Shown piece after piece: positions 39,150 to 47,686 of a DNA stretch of 64,000 bases (the first letter of the stretch is position 1; the number at the start of each line of letters is the position of its first letter). The notes beneath the pieces were generated by a model. It was not told the DNA's origin and made no database searches. It saw nothing but the letters and a program-made list of their open reading frames with translations. The translations under genes were made by a program, and so were the position numbers. This stretch comes from Omnitrophica WOR_2 bacterium RIFCSPHIGHO2_02_FULL_50_17 (GTDB lineage Bacteria; Omnitrophota; Gorgyraeia; Zapsychrales; Zapsychraceae): positions 66,216-130,215 of the forward strand of contig MHGQ01000049.1 in the NCBI GenBank assembly GCA_001805645.1, read 5' to 3'.

Positions 39150-40601
39150 TCATGGCGGGAAAGGGATAACGTTCTTGAAATTCCCGATATCGCTTTTCAA
39201 ATAACAATAAGCGCTGGGGTCATTGCCTGTCTTCAAAAAATGGCAGTCCCTGCCGCCGTCCATGGCCTTATTCTCGGCAAGAGTATAAGTTTTCGTTTCC
39301 TCTCCTTCGCTGAGCTTCACGATAAGGGCGTTGTTCGCCGGCACCTCATCCGTAAAGGCCAGCGACAAATTCATATTCTTAAATTTCTGAATGATATCTT
39401 CCACCTTGCCTTTTTCCATGTCTTCGCCGCCAGAGGTTTTCCAAACTGATTCTTCTTTCTTCTCTTGCTCTGTCTCGGCTCCCGGGGTCTCCCCGATCCC
39501 CGTCGACACCTTCACAGCCCTCACGGCGCTGAACTTCTTTTTCGCCACCACATCCTGAATCTCGACCTTAACAATCCCCTCGTCTTTTATCTCCAGAGGA
39601 TTGGCAATCAGAATATCCCCGCTATTTTTTATAAAATTATCAAATGTCGAAACAGGAACCAGGAAACAATGGTCATCGGCCATCTTCACGTAATAATTAT
39701 ACCCCTCTTTGTCTTTGTTGCTCCGGACAAGCGTAAGGGGCCCTCCCTCTGCGAGTTTTAATTCAACTTTCCAGAAAGAATCCCCCAAGGCATCGTGAGT
39801 ATCGGCGGCGACCACCTTGGAGACGCGTATGTTCTGCAGATTTTGAAGCTGATTTTTTATCTTGGCAGCGCTTAAACCGAAAGTATACGGAATATGAGAC
39901 TCCCATTTTGTCTTGTCATCGGCGGTCTTGAGCTCCAAATCTAACCATGTTTTCTCAACACCCTGGCGGATCTCTGAAATTTTAAAGACAACCGCATCCT
40001 TTGGCTCAAAACGGACGACCTGTTTATCAAACCATTTATCCGTGTTGAAATTCTCCGCCTTGGGCTCTCCCCACAAGCCGAATTCCGCCAAGAGATCCTC
40101 CTCCACCACGTAGACCTCATTTTTGTCTCTGGGACGGATAAAATTCCCCGACGAGCCGGAGCGCTTGGACCCGACGACAAGATGGGCGACGGCGACCCCA
40201 TCCCTGCTAAGAACGATATGCACACCCGCCTCATCGGCAATACCGTAATCTGCCAGCAGACCCGCCTCATTGGAGCGCAACTCCCCTTCAAGGCCGTTTA
40301 ATTTGTTAAGAAACGCCGTCAAGGCATTTTCATCGGCATAGACGCCGTAAAGGCTTTTCACCTTCCATCGGCCTTCCTCTTTAATAAGATGGACTTTTGT
40401 TTCTGTGGTGCCTGCCTGTCCGGCAGGCAGGCCGAAGCGAAAAACCGCCTCACTGAGATTCTCCAAATTCAAAGAAGAGGTAATAATATCGGCCATTTCC
40501 TCTGTTGTCGGCACGGTCGGCTCCATACCTTTTTTGACAAAGACAATGCCCACAAGGACAATAAAAACGGCCAAAAGGATGATCAAGTTTTTGAATTTCA
40601 T
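39150..40601 (-). CDS. DUF4340-like membrane-anchored protein
   Basis: N-terminal TM from MKFKNL and an LADYGI motif; usual position downstream of gldG-like genes. Confidence 0.7.
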   Translation of the reverse strand: MKFKNLIILLAVFIVLVGIVFVKKGMEPTVPTTEEMADIITSSLNLENLSEAVFRFGLPAGQAGTTETKVHLIKEEGRWKVKSLYGVYADENALTAFLNKLNGLEGELRSNEAGLLADYGIADEAGVHIVLSRDGVAVAHLVVGSKRSGSSGNFIRPRDKNEVYVVEEDLLAEFGLWGEPKAENFNTDKWFDKQVVRFEPKDAVVFKISEIRQGVEKTWLDLELKTADDKTKWESHIPYTFGLSAAKIKNQLQNLQNIRVSKVVAADTHDALGDSFWKVELKLAEGGPLTLVRSNKDKEGYNYYVKMADDHCFLVPVSTFDNFIKNSGDILIANPLEIKDEGIVKVEIQDVVAKKKFSAVRAVKVSTGIGETPGAETEQEKKEESVWKTSGGEDMEKGKVEDIIQKFKNMNLSLAFTDEVPANNALIVKLSEGEETKTYTLAENKAMDGGRDCHFLKTGNDPSAYCYLKSDIGNFKNVIPFPP

Positions 40602-40630
40602 TTCTACTGCCCTCTCAGAATAATTATTTT

Positions 40631-43135
40631 TTACAGTTTTGCGGCAGGTAATAACTTTAAGTACTGTTCTTTCTCTTTGCGGCGCCATATCGCGCGGATG
40701 CTTCCCACCACAATAAGGACGCAAGGCACCGCCAATATCGTCATAAAGCGGTACCATAATTTCTGGACCTTGCCCAAAGGCTGTATCCTTCGCTCAACCT
40801 CCTGATGGCTTCGAATATTGATGAGTTCACCGCCGAGCGTCAGGGCATCCACGGCATTCGTGAAAAAATTCAACATGCCGCCGTTTTTGATAATGTCTTC
40901 CTGAAACATCTGAGAGCATCCCGCCACCAAGAGCTTGCCGGGCCTCGGCGTAAGCGTTGGGGTTTTCTCTGTCTCTTGTTCCACGGACGAATCAACCGTC
41001 TCTGCCCCTTCCTTGGGCCAGGCCGGCATATCCTGCCCCTGAAAGGCATCCGGGAACTGCCCTTCCAATAAAACAGCCAGAGGATACGAACCGTAAGTGC
41101 CATCCGAAGGCTGTTTCACATCATTGGGAGATAAAGGCCCGCCCTTAAAGGGAAGAGACCAGCTTTTTTTACTCGAATTAAACAATATTGTCTTTCTCAG
41201 TTTTAGGTCCTCAAGCTTTTTATTGTCCAGATCAAGTGCGGATCCCCATAAATAGAGAATAGAGGCTAACCGTCCCGTGAGAGAGACATCCTGATTCATA
41301 TTCTCCTGGGTGACTAAAATCTGCATAGGGGCTTTGACAGGCACAGACACCTCAAACGGCCCAAAGGACATGGCCCCCGAGATGGAGATCGTATCGCTCT
41401 GTTCGTCCATAAGCATCTTGTCGCTTAAGGTAACCCCCAAGGGGCGGAGCACGTCGTTGACATTCATATCCTTCTGTTCCGCCGCAATTTCAATTCCCAT
41501 GCGTCCGGACTGCCCGTAACGGTAGCCATATTGCTGAGCGGCGATGATAACATTGCCGCCCTCATGAAGGAAACGGCTGATTTCATACCGCTGGCGGTCA
41601 TTAAGCCTCTCGGGATCCACGACAATAAGCGTATCCACCCCCGCAGGCAGAGGGCTTTCCTTGGTTAGACGGATCCGATACAGCTCATAATCTTCATATT
41701 TCAAGGCCGCATCCAGGATCTTGTATTTGTCATCCACATACTGATCTGGAGCCGTCTGCCCCAATTGGGCCAGAAGCGCCCGCATCTGTGGATCCACGAC
41801 CCTCTGCGTAAAAGGAGCCACCAAGGCCACCTTCGGCGTCTTCTCCAGCGTCATACGATAAATCTTGGAAATCAATTCATATTCAAAATTATTAAGATTT
41901 TGCGGGGTAATGCCGGGGAGGATTTCCTCCTTTTTCTCCTTATAAGCAATGGCGATGGCCGCATAAACCAATTTAATATCCATCTGGTCCTGTTCGATGC
42001 TGCGCACCTGAAAAGGACGGATACCCTTCTGCTGCAACTTGTTCTCCAAGGATTCCTCTTGTCCCTCCTCTTGGGGCTCCTGGGCAACCGCCTCCATGTG
42101 ATAGACATTGTAACGCAGTTTCCCGCCGGAAAAAACTTTAAGCTCATCCAGACGGTCATGGATATCCCGCTCCAGGGATTTCAAAGCGGTCGGCATCTTC
42201 TCCGACGGAGAAATATACAATTTAACCGTAACAGGCGCTTTAAGGGATTTTAAAATCTTTTTCGTCGTTTCTGTCACCGTATACAGTTTCCCTTCCGTAA
42301 GGTCGTAGCGCCCCAGAGGGATATCCGCGAACAAAAAGTTTAAGACCATGCTCAATCCCATACAGACGGCCACGGCCCCCGCAAAGACAATCTTGGCCTT
42401 GGGACGAAGCCGGTCTTCAATCGAAAATATATTCAACACCAGAAACACGCCCGTCATAACAATAAAGTAAAGGCCGTCACGGTTGTCAATCACACCGCGC
42501 TGAAAGCTCTCAAAGTGCCGGGTCATGCCGAAATTCTCTTTCAGGAAAGTCCCCACCCCCGGAAGCCAGCCGTCCATGACGCCCGCCATGAAATCAATCC
42601 CCGCCAGAAAGAAGAAGAAACAGACAATCATGGCCACAATGAAAGAGACAATCTGATCTTTACAAAGGCCGGAGATGAAAATACCGACGCTTAAGAAAAA
42701 CGCCCCCATCAGGACACTGCCGATATACCCTCCGATAATAGGCCCGATGTCGGGGTTGCCCGCCATGGCCAGCATTGCCGGTATCAACAATGTCCCGGCT
42801 AAGGCGATAAGATAAAAAAGAAAACCGGCGCCGAATTTTCCTAGGACCAGCTGATAGGTCTCCATAGGAAAGGTGAGGAGCATTTCAAAAGTGTTTCCCC
42901 TTTTCTCCTCAGCCCACAGCCGCATGGTAATCGCAGGCACAAAGACGCACAGGATAATCGGCATAAAGTAGAAAAACGAGCGCATATCCGCACTGCCGAT
43001 TAAAAAAAACTGAGACATAAAAAGACCTGCGTTGAGAATCACAAAAACCATGATAAAGATGTAGGCAATGGGGGAGTTAAAGTATGAAGACATCTCCCGG
43101 GAAAAAATAGAGCGGCAATGAGCGATATTTTTCAT
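40631..43135 (-). CDS. ABC-2 permease (GldF-like) fused to a GldG-like auxiliary domain
   Basis: YFNSPIAY, TMRLWAEEKR.NTFEMLLT and RYDLTEGKLYT motifs. Confidence 0.85.
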   Translation of the reverse strand: MKNIAHCRSIFSREMSSYFNSPIAYIFIMVFVILNAGLFMSQFFLIGSADMRSFFYFMPIILCVFVPAITMRLWAEEKRGNTFEMLLTFPMETYQLVLGKFGAGFLFYLIALAGTLLIPAMLAMAGNPDIGPIIGGYIGSVLMGAFFLSVGIFISGLCKDQIVSFIVAMIVCFFFFLAGIDFMAGVMDGWLPGVGTFLKENFGMTRHFESFQRGVIDNRDGLYFIVMTGVFLVLNIFSIEDRLRPKAKIVFAGAVAVCMGLSMVLNFLFADIPLGRYDLTEGKLYTVTETTKKILKSLKAPVTVKLYISPSEKMPTALKSLERDIHDRLDELKVFSGGKLRYNVYHMEAVAQEPQEEGQEESLENKLQQKGIRPFQVRSIEQDQMDIKLVYAAIAIAYKEKKEEILPGITPQNLNNFEYELISKIYRMTLEKTPKVALVAPFTQRVVDPQMRALLAQLGQTAPDQYVDDKYKILDAALKYEDYELYRIRLTKESPLPAGVDTLIVVDPERLNDRQRYEISRFLHEGGNVIIAAQQYGYRYGQSGRMGIEIAAEQKDMNVNDVLRPLGVTLSDKMLMDEQSDTISISGAMSFGPFEVSVPVKAPMQILVTQENMNQDVSLTGRLASILYLWGSALDLDNKKLEDLKLRKTILFNSSKKSWSLPFKGGPLSPNDVKQPSDGTYGSYPLAVLLEGQFPDAFQGQDMPAWPKEGAETVDSSVEQETEKTPTLTPRPGKLLVAGCSQMFQEDIIKNGGMLNFFTNAVDALTLGGELINIRSHQEVERRIQPLGKVQKLWYRFMTILAVPCVLIVVGSIRAIWRRKEKEQYLKLLPAAKL

Positions 43136-43136
43136 G

Positions 43137-44105
43137 TCATCTCCCTCCCGGCACGGATTCAACTTTTTTGCGTTTGCTCAACAAGGAAATGAATAAATCC
43201 TCCAAATTGAAACGCCTTTCGGCCAAGGTGCGCACGGGCCATTTTTTTTCTTTATTCAAATTGTCCATCTCCTGAACGATCAAGGGATCCTCGAAGGCGC
43301 TCATGACATCAAATGTGACAAAGCCATCCTTCGATTCGCTGACAAAAGATATGTCTTTGGCGTGCAAAAGGCCTTTGAGAGCCTTCTCAACCGTTTCCTT
43401 AGGTTCTTTTACCGTCAAGGTGTGACAGCGATACCTCATCGCCTCCCGGGCCAATTCCTCTTTGGTCCCCTGCGAGACAATCCTGCCCTCATTAATAATG
43501 ACGATTCTGTCCGCCAGGACTTCCACCTCCTGCAGAATGTGCGTTGAAAAGATAATCGTTTTTTCTTTGGCCAGTTCCTTGACCAGCCGGCGGATGCCGA
43601 TAATCTGCAAAGGGTCAAGACCGCTGGTGGGCTCATCCAGGATAAGAATCTTGGGATCATGAATAAGAGACTGCGCAAGCCCGACGCGCTGGCGGAATCC
43701 CTTCGAGAGCTCATGAATGCCGTGTTTCCAAACGCCTGTAATGCCGCAGGCATCAACCAGCCAATCGAAACGTTTTTGAAGAGCCGATCCCCTTATGCCG
43801 CGGGCGTTGCCGACAAAAGCAAGATATTCATCCACGCGCATATCCATATAAAGAGGCACCGTCTCCGGCATGTAACCTACCAATTCACGCACCCTCAAGG
43901 GCTGTTCCAGGATATCATAACCGCCTAAAACGGCCGTGCCGCGAGTGGGATAAATAAAGGTAGTGAGAATCCGCATCAGGGTGGATTTACCAGCCCCGTT
44001 GGGACCCAAAAGACCTAGAATCTCTCCCTCCTTCACACAGAAAGAGACATCCTCCAAGGCCACGGTAGAGCCGTAATGCATATAAACGTTCTTAATGGTA
44101 ATCAT
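43137..44105 (-). CDS. ABC ATPase (GldA-like)
   Basis: GPNGAGKST, LSKGFRQRVGLA and LDEPTSGLDP motifs. Confidence 0.92.
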   Translation of the reverse strand: MITIKNVYMHYGSTVALEDVSFCVKEGEILGLLGPNGAGKSTLMRILTTFIYPTRGTAVLGGYDILEQPLRVRELVGYMPETVPLYMDMRVDEYLAFVGNARGIRGSALQKRFDWLVDACGITGVWKHGIHELSKGFRQRVGLAQSLIHDPKILILDEPTSGLDPLQIIGIRRLVKELAKEKTIIFSTHILQEVEVLADRIVIINEGRIVSQGTKEELAREAMRYRCHTLTVKEPKETVEKALKGLLHAKDISFVSESKDGFVTFDVMSAFEDPLIVQEMDNLNKEKKWPVRTLAERRFNLEDLFISLLSKRKKVESVPGGR

Positions 44106-44264
44106 AGCCCCTCCTGATTACTGGTCATCAGCATTGATGCTGCCATATTATCATAAAATTTTTTGATGATTCAAGAAAAAATTTAAAAATCAGCATCGGG
44201 CAGCCAAAGAATCCTGTCCTTCCCGGCTGTCCTTAGGACCGTTGGCTCATTTTAAAAAGTATTC

Positions 44265-44294
44265 TTGTCAATTTCCATGGAGCGCAGGTATAAT
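44265..44294 (+). promoter_or_regulatory. Sigma70-type promoter of the NSS transporter
   Basis: TTGTCA-18 nt-TATAAT upstream of the gene. Confidence 0.55.
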
Positions 44295-44328
44295 ATAAAA
44301 AAATTGAAATCCACAGGACGAGGGATCT

Positions 44329-45924
44329 ATGAATTATCCCAAAGGGGATGGGGTTATGGAGAAAACACATTCTCATCGGCAAAGATGGTCGTCCCGCCTC
44401 GGGATTATCATGGCGGTGGCCGGTTCTGCCGTCGGGCTTGGAAATTTTTTAAGATTCCCGGCCAAGGTGGCGGCCAACGGCGGCGGGGCATTCATGATTC
44501 CCTATTTTATCTCTCTTCTGCTCCTGGGGATTCCCCTTATGTGGATCGAATGGACCCTGGGACGCTACGGCGGCGGCTTTGGCCACGGGACAGCGCCGGG
44601 AATTTTTCACAGCATATGGCAGAAGAACCGTTTCATCAAATACTTCGGCGTCATCGGCATCTTTGGACCTCTGGTCATTTTCATTTACTACACCTACATC
44701 GAATCCTGGACTCTCGCGTACAGTTTTTTTGCGCTCGCCGGAAAATACAGCGGCTTAAGCGCCCAGGCCGATATGAAAAATTTTTTAAGCGGCTACCAAG
44801 GGCTTGAACAAAACCAACATTTTAGCAGTCTAGGCCCTGCGTATATATTCTTTCTCATAACATTCCTTCTCAATGCTATTATTATTTACAAAGGTATCAA
44901 AGGAGGGATCGAACGTTTTTGTAAATGGGCCATGCCGGCCTTATTTTTCTGCGCCCTTATCCTTTTCGTGCGGGTCCTCACCTTAGGTGCCCCTGATCCG
45001 GCCAAACCCGACTGGAACATCATCAATGGCCTCGGCTTTGTCTGGAATCCCGATTGGACAGCGCTCAAATCCGCCCGCGTCTGGCTGGAGGCCGCCGGCC
45101 AGATTTTCTTTACCCTAAGCGTTGGGATCGGCGTCATCCTCACTTATGCCAGCTATCTCTCTAAAGGTGATGACATTGTGCTTTCCGGAACGACCGCAAC
45201 CAGCGTCAATGAATTTGCCGAGGTTATCTTAGGGGGAAGCGTCATCCTGCCGGCCGCATTTGTCTTTTTCGGTCCTGTGGACATTCAAAACATTGCCCAA
45301 TCTGGTCTTTTTAACTTAGGATTTGTCACTATGCCGCTTGTCCTGAAGCAAATGCCTTTATCCAGTCTCATGGGATTCGCCTGGTTTTTCCTGCTTTTTC
45401 TGGCAGGCATCACCTCATCCGTTTCCCTCGCGCAGCCGGCGGTTGCTTTTCTCGAGGATGAATTCAACATCAAACGCGGCCGGGCGGTTCTCATCTTTGG
45501 GGCAGTCGCTTTTATCTTATGCCATCCGGCCATATTTTTCCTCAAAAACGGCGTCGTGGATGAGCTTGATTTCTGGGGAGGAACGCTCTGCCTGGTTGTC
45601 TTCGCCACCGTCGAGGTAATCCTTTTCTCCTGGGTGTTCGGCATGGAGAATGCCTGGAGTGAGGTCCATCACGGCGCGGACATGGAAGTCCCTAAAATTT
45701 ACAAATTCATCATCAAATACATCACGCCCCTTTTTCTTATCACGATTCTGGGCGCCTGGCTCTACCAGGACTGGCTTAAAGTAATTTTTATGGAAGGCGT
45801 CCCTCCCGAAAACAGGATATACATCCTGGCAACACGCTTAACACTTCTTATCATGTTCATCGTTTTAGCGGTACTCGTCAGGCACGCCTGGAGGCGTAAA
45901 TACAGAGAAGAGGTGAGGCCATGA
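44329..45924 (+). CDS. Sodium-dependent amino-acid transporter (NSS/LeuT family)
   Basis: GSAVGLGNFLRFP, NGGGAF and AAGQIFFTLSVG motifs. Confidence 0.95.
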   Translation: MNYPKGDGVMEKTHSHRQRWSSRLGIIMAVAGSAVGLGNFLRFPAKVAANGGGAFMIPYFISLLLLGIPLMWIEWTLGRYGGGFGHGTAPGIFHSIWQKNRFIKYFGVIGIFGPLVIFIYYTYIESWTLAYSFFALAGKYSGLSAQADMKNFLSGYQGLEQNQHFSSLGPAYIFFLITFLLNAIIIYKGIKGGIERFCKWAMPALFFCALILFVRVLTLGAPDPAKPDWNIINGLGFVWNPDWTALKSARVWLEAAGQIFFTLSVGIGVILTYASYLSKGDDIVLSGTTATSVNEFAEVILGGSVILPAAFVFFGPVDIQNIAQSGLFNLGFVTMPLVLKQMPLSSLMGFAWFFLLFLAGITSSVSLAQPAVAFLEDEFNIKRGRAVLIFGAVAFILCHPAIFFLKNGVVDELDFWGGTLCLVVFATVEVILFSWVFGMENAWSEVHHGADMEVPKIYKFIIKYITPLFLITILGAWLYQDWLKVIFMEGVPPENRIYILATRLTLLIMFIVLAVLVRHAWRRKYREEVRP

Positions 45925-46022
45925 CACTCGGGGGGTGGATATTTCTTGTCATTTCGTGGGGATTTATTATAGGGATGACTGTTTTCTGCTTCATCCGCGT
46001 TTTTTCTAAAAAAACAGTTTAG
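45921..46022 (+). CDS. Small single-TM protein, probable NSS small subunit (MetS-like)
   Basis: Below the ORF-track cutoff: MTLGGWIFLVISWGFIIGMTVFCFIRVFSKKTV (33 aa). ATGA overlap with the transporter stop and SD GAGGTG. Confidence 0.75.
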   Translation: MTLGGWIFLVISWGFIIGMTVFCFIRVFSKKTV

Positions 46023-46081
46023 ACTTCCAGCGAAAAAGCAGAATCAAGGGAAAAACAAACAACCGGCAAAGGCGCTCTCTG

Positions 46082-46498
46082 CTAATGGCGTTCTAATTCG
46101 GTCCTGATAATCATCATTATTTCCAAATTATTATTGGAAATAATTACGCTGCGGTTAATCTCAGCGCTTTCATCAACGCTCCCATAGACAAGAGCCAAAT
46201 CCACACCAGCCTCGGCAATCTTGTCGGTGACCCGCTGAAGGGCCCCCGGCTGGTTATCAATAGAAAGCAGGATGACTTCTTCCTCCTGGATATCATACCC
46301 TTTGGCCTCCAGGAGTCTTTTGGCCTCATTATTATCGTCGGTCACAAACATAACGGCAACATTATTCTCGATAGAATAAGCGCACAGGGCAACCAAATTG
46401 ATATTGGCCTGGGAAATCACGCGCGTTATCTTGGCCAGCATGCCGATTTCATTGTCACCGCGCACCATCAATTGTCTAGCGAGCTCTGCCTTGACCAT
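46082..46498 (-). CDS. Tandem ACT domain protein
   Basis: NEIGMLAKIT...INL and NQPGALQRVT...GVDL ACT repeats. Confidence 0.85.
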   Translation of the reverse strand: MVKAELARQLMVRGDNEIGMLAKITRVISQANINLVALCAYSIENNVAVMFVTDDNNEAKRLLEAKGYDIQEEEVILLSIDNQPGALQRVTDKIAEAGVDLALVYGSVDESAEINRSVIISNNNLEIMMIIRTELERH

Positions 46499-46731
46499 AT
46501 CTTCTCCCTTTCCTGCTTACATGAAAACCTTTAGGATAATATTCTACAATAAATATAACACCAAATCGAAATGAAATCTAATGCCTTATTTCATAAGTTT
46601 ATTTCATAAGTTCTTGAAGCATTTTCAGAGGTAGGCACTAGAGATCGCGTTTTTTTGAACGTCCCGCCTTGGCGGGACAATTTGTAAAACGCAATACTAA
46701 AAAATTTGCCCCCGCCTCCTTTTTACGCTCC

Positions 46732-47664
46732 TCAATCAAAGCCCTTCTCCACCAAATATTCTTCAATAATCTCTTTATGATCAAAGGCATACTCCAGCTC
46801 CAACAAATCCTCATAACGGACGATTCTTAAATCCCCGGCATCATCGCCGGCTCTCGGCTCTCCCTCCCCCTCCGCAACAAAAACCGTAGAGACGGTATGA
46901 AAACGGGGATCGCGGTCCGGATGAGAATAAGTATGAAACTGCCTTAAGTCAACAAGCTCCAAATTTGTTTCTTCTTTAGCCTCACGGATAGCCGCCTCTT
47001 CCAGGCTCTCCCCGTAATCAACAAATCCGCCGGGCAGGGCCAGCCCATAAGGCGGACTCGAGCGCTCGATGAGGACAATGCCGCCCTGGCATTCAATAAT
47101 AATATCCACCGTCACGTAAGGGCCCGATTGCTCCGCCATATGCCGGACATAACCGCGGATAGTCTTGTCCGATATATCAAAAGTCTCTTCGTCGTATAAA
47201 CAAAAAATAATCTTGCGTAATGTTGCCTGAGGATTCCTGCTCTCCTTCATAATCTCTTGAACCGCGATCTTAGCCGCTCCCTCCATTGGGAGCCCTCCCT
47301 CATCACCGCCTAAGGGCGCAAGGCCTAAAGAATTTAGTTTAAGTTCATTGGCGCACTTAAGGGCGCTGGCGACGGCCTTTCGGACATCCCCCTCGCCGCA
47401 AAAAACGTCATTCCTCCTCGCAGCGGCATGGATAACATATTGAGCCGGCAGACCGCCGGCCTTCGTCCAGACCGCCTCACCCGGCGGGATAGGCCCCTTG
47501 CTGACGGCCTCCTCTTCGATCTCGGCCCCGCCTTCTTTTTTAATAAATTCCGCCACGCCTTTATCCATCCTGAGCGTAGAAGAGGCGGTATACACAATTG
47601 CCTCTACCTTAAGCCGCGTGATGTCAGCTTTGACTACCTCAATCTCGATATCCCTGATTTTCAT
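46732..47664 (-). CDS. Macro domain - Nudix hydrolase fusion
   Basis: ADIT...AIV and YVIHAA macro fold; Nudix box GFVDYGESLEEAAIREAKEETNL plus RDPR. Confidence 0.88.
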   Translation of the reverse strand: MKIRDIEIEVVKADITRLKVEAIVYTASSTLRMDKGVAEFIKKEGGAEIEEEAVSKGPIPPGEAVWTKAGGLPAQYVIHAAARRNDVFCGEGDVRKAVASALKCANELKLNSLGLAPLGGDEGGLPMEGAAKIAVQEIMKESRNPQATLRKIIFCLYDEETFDISDKTIRGYVRHMAEQSGPYVTVDIIIECQGGIVLIERSSPPYGLALPGGFVDYGESLEEAAIREAKEETNLELVDLRQFHTYSHPDRDPRFHTVSTVFVAEGEGEPRAGDDAGDLRIVRYEDLLELEYAFDHKEIIEEYLVEKGFD

Positions 47665-47686
47665 ATCTCAAACTTTCTATAATATC

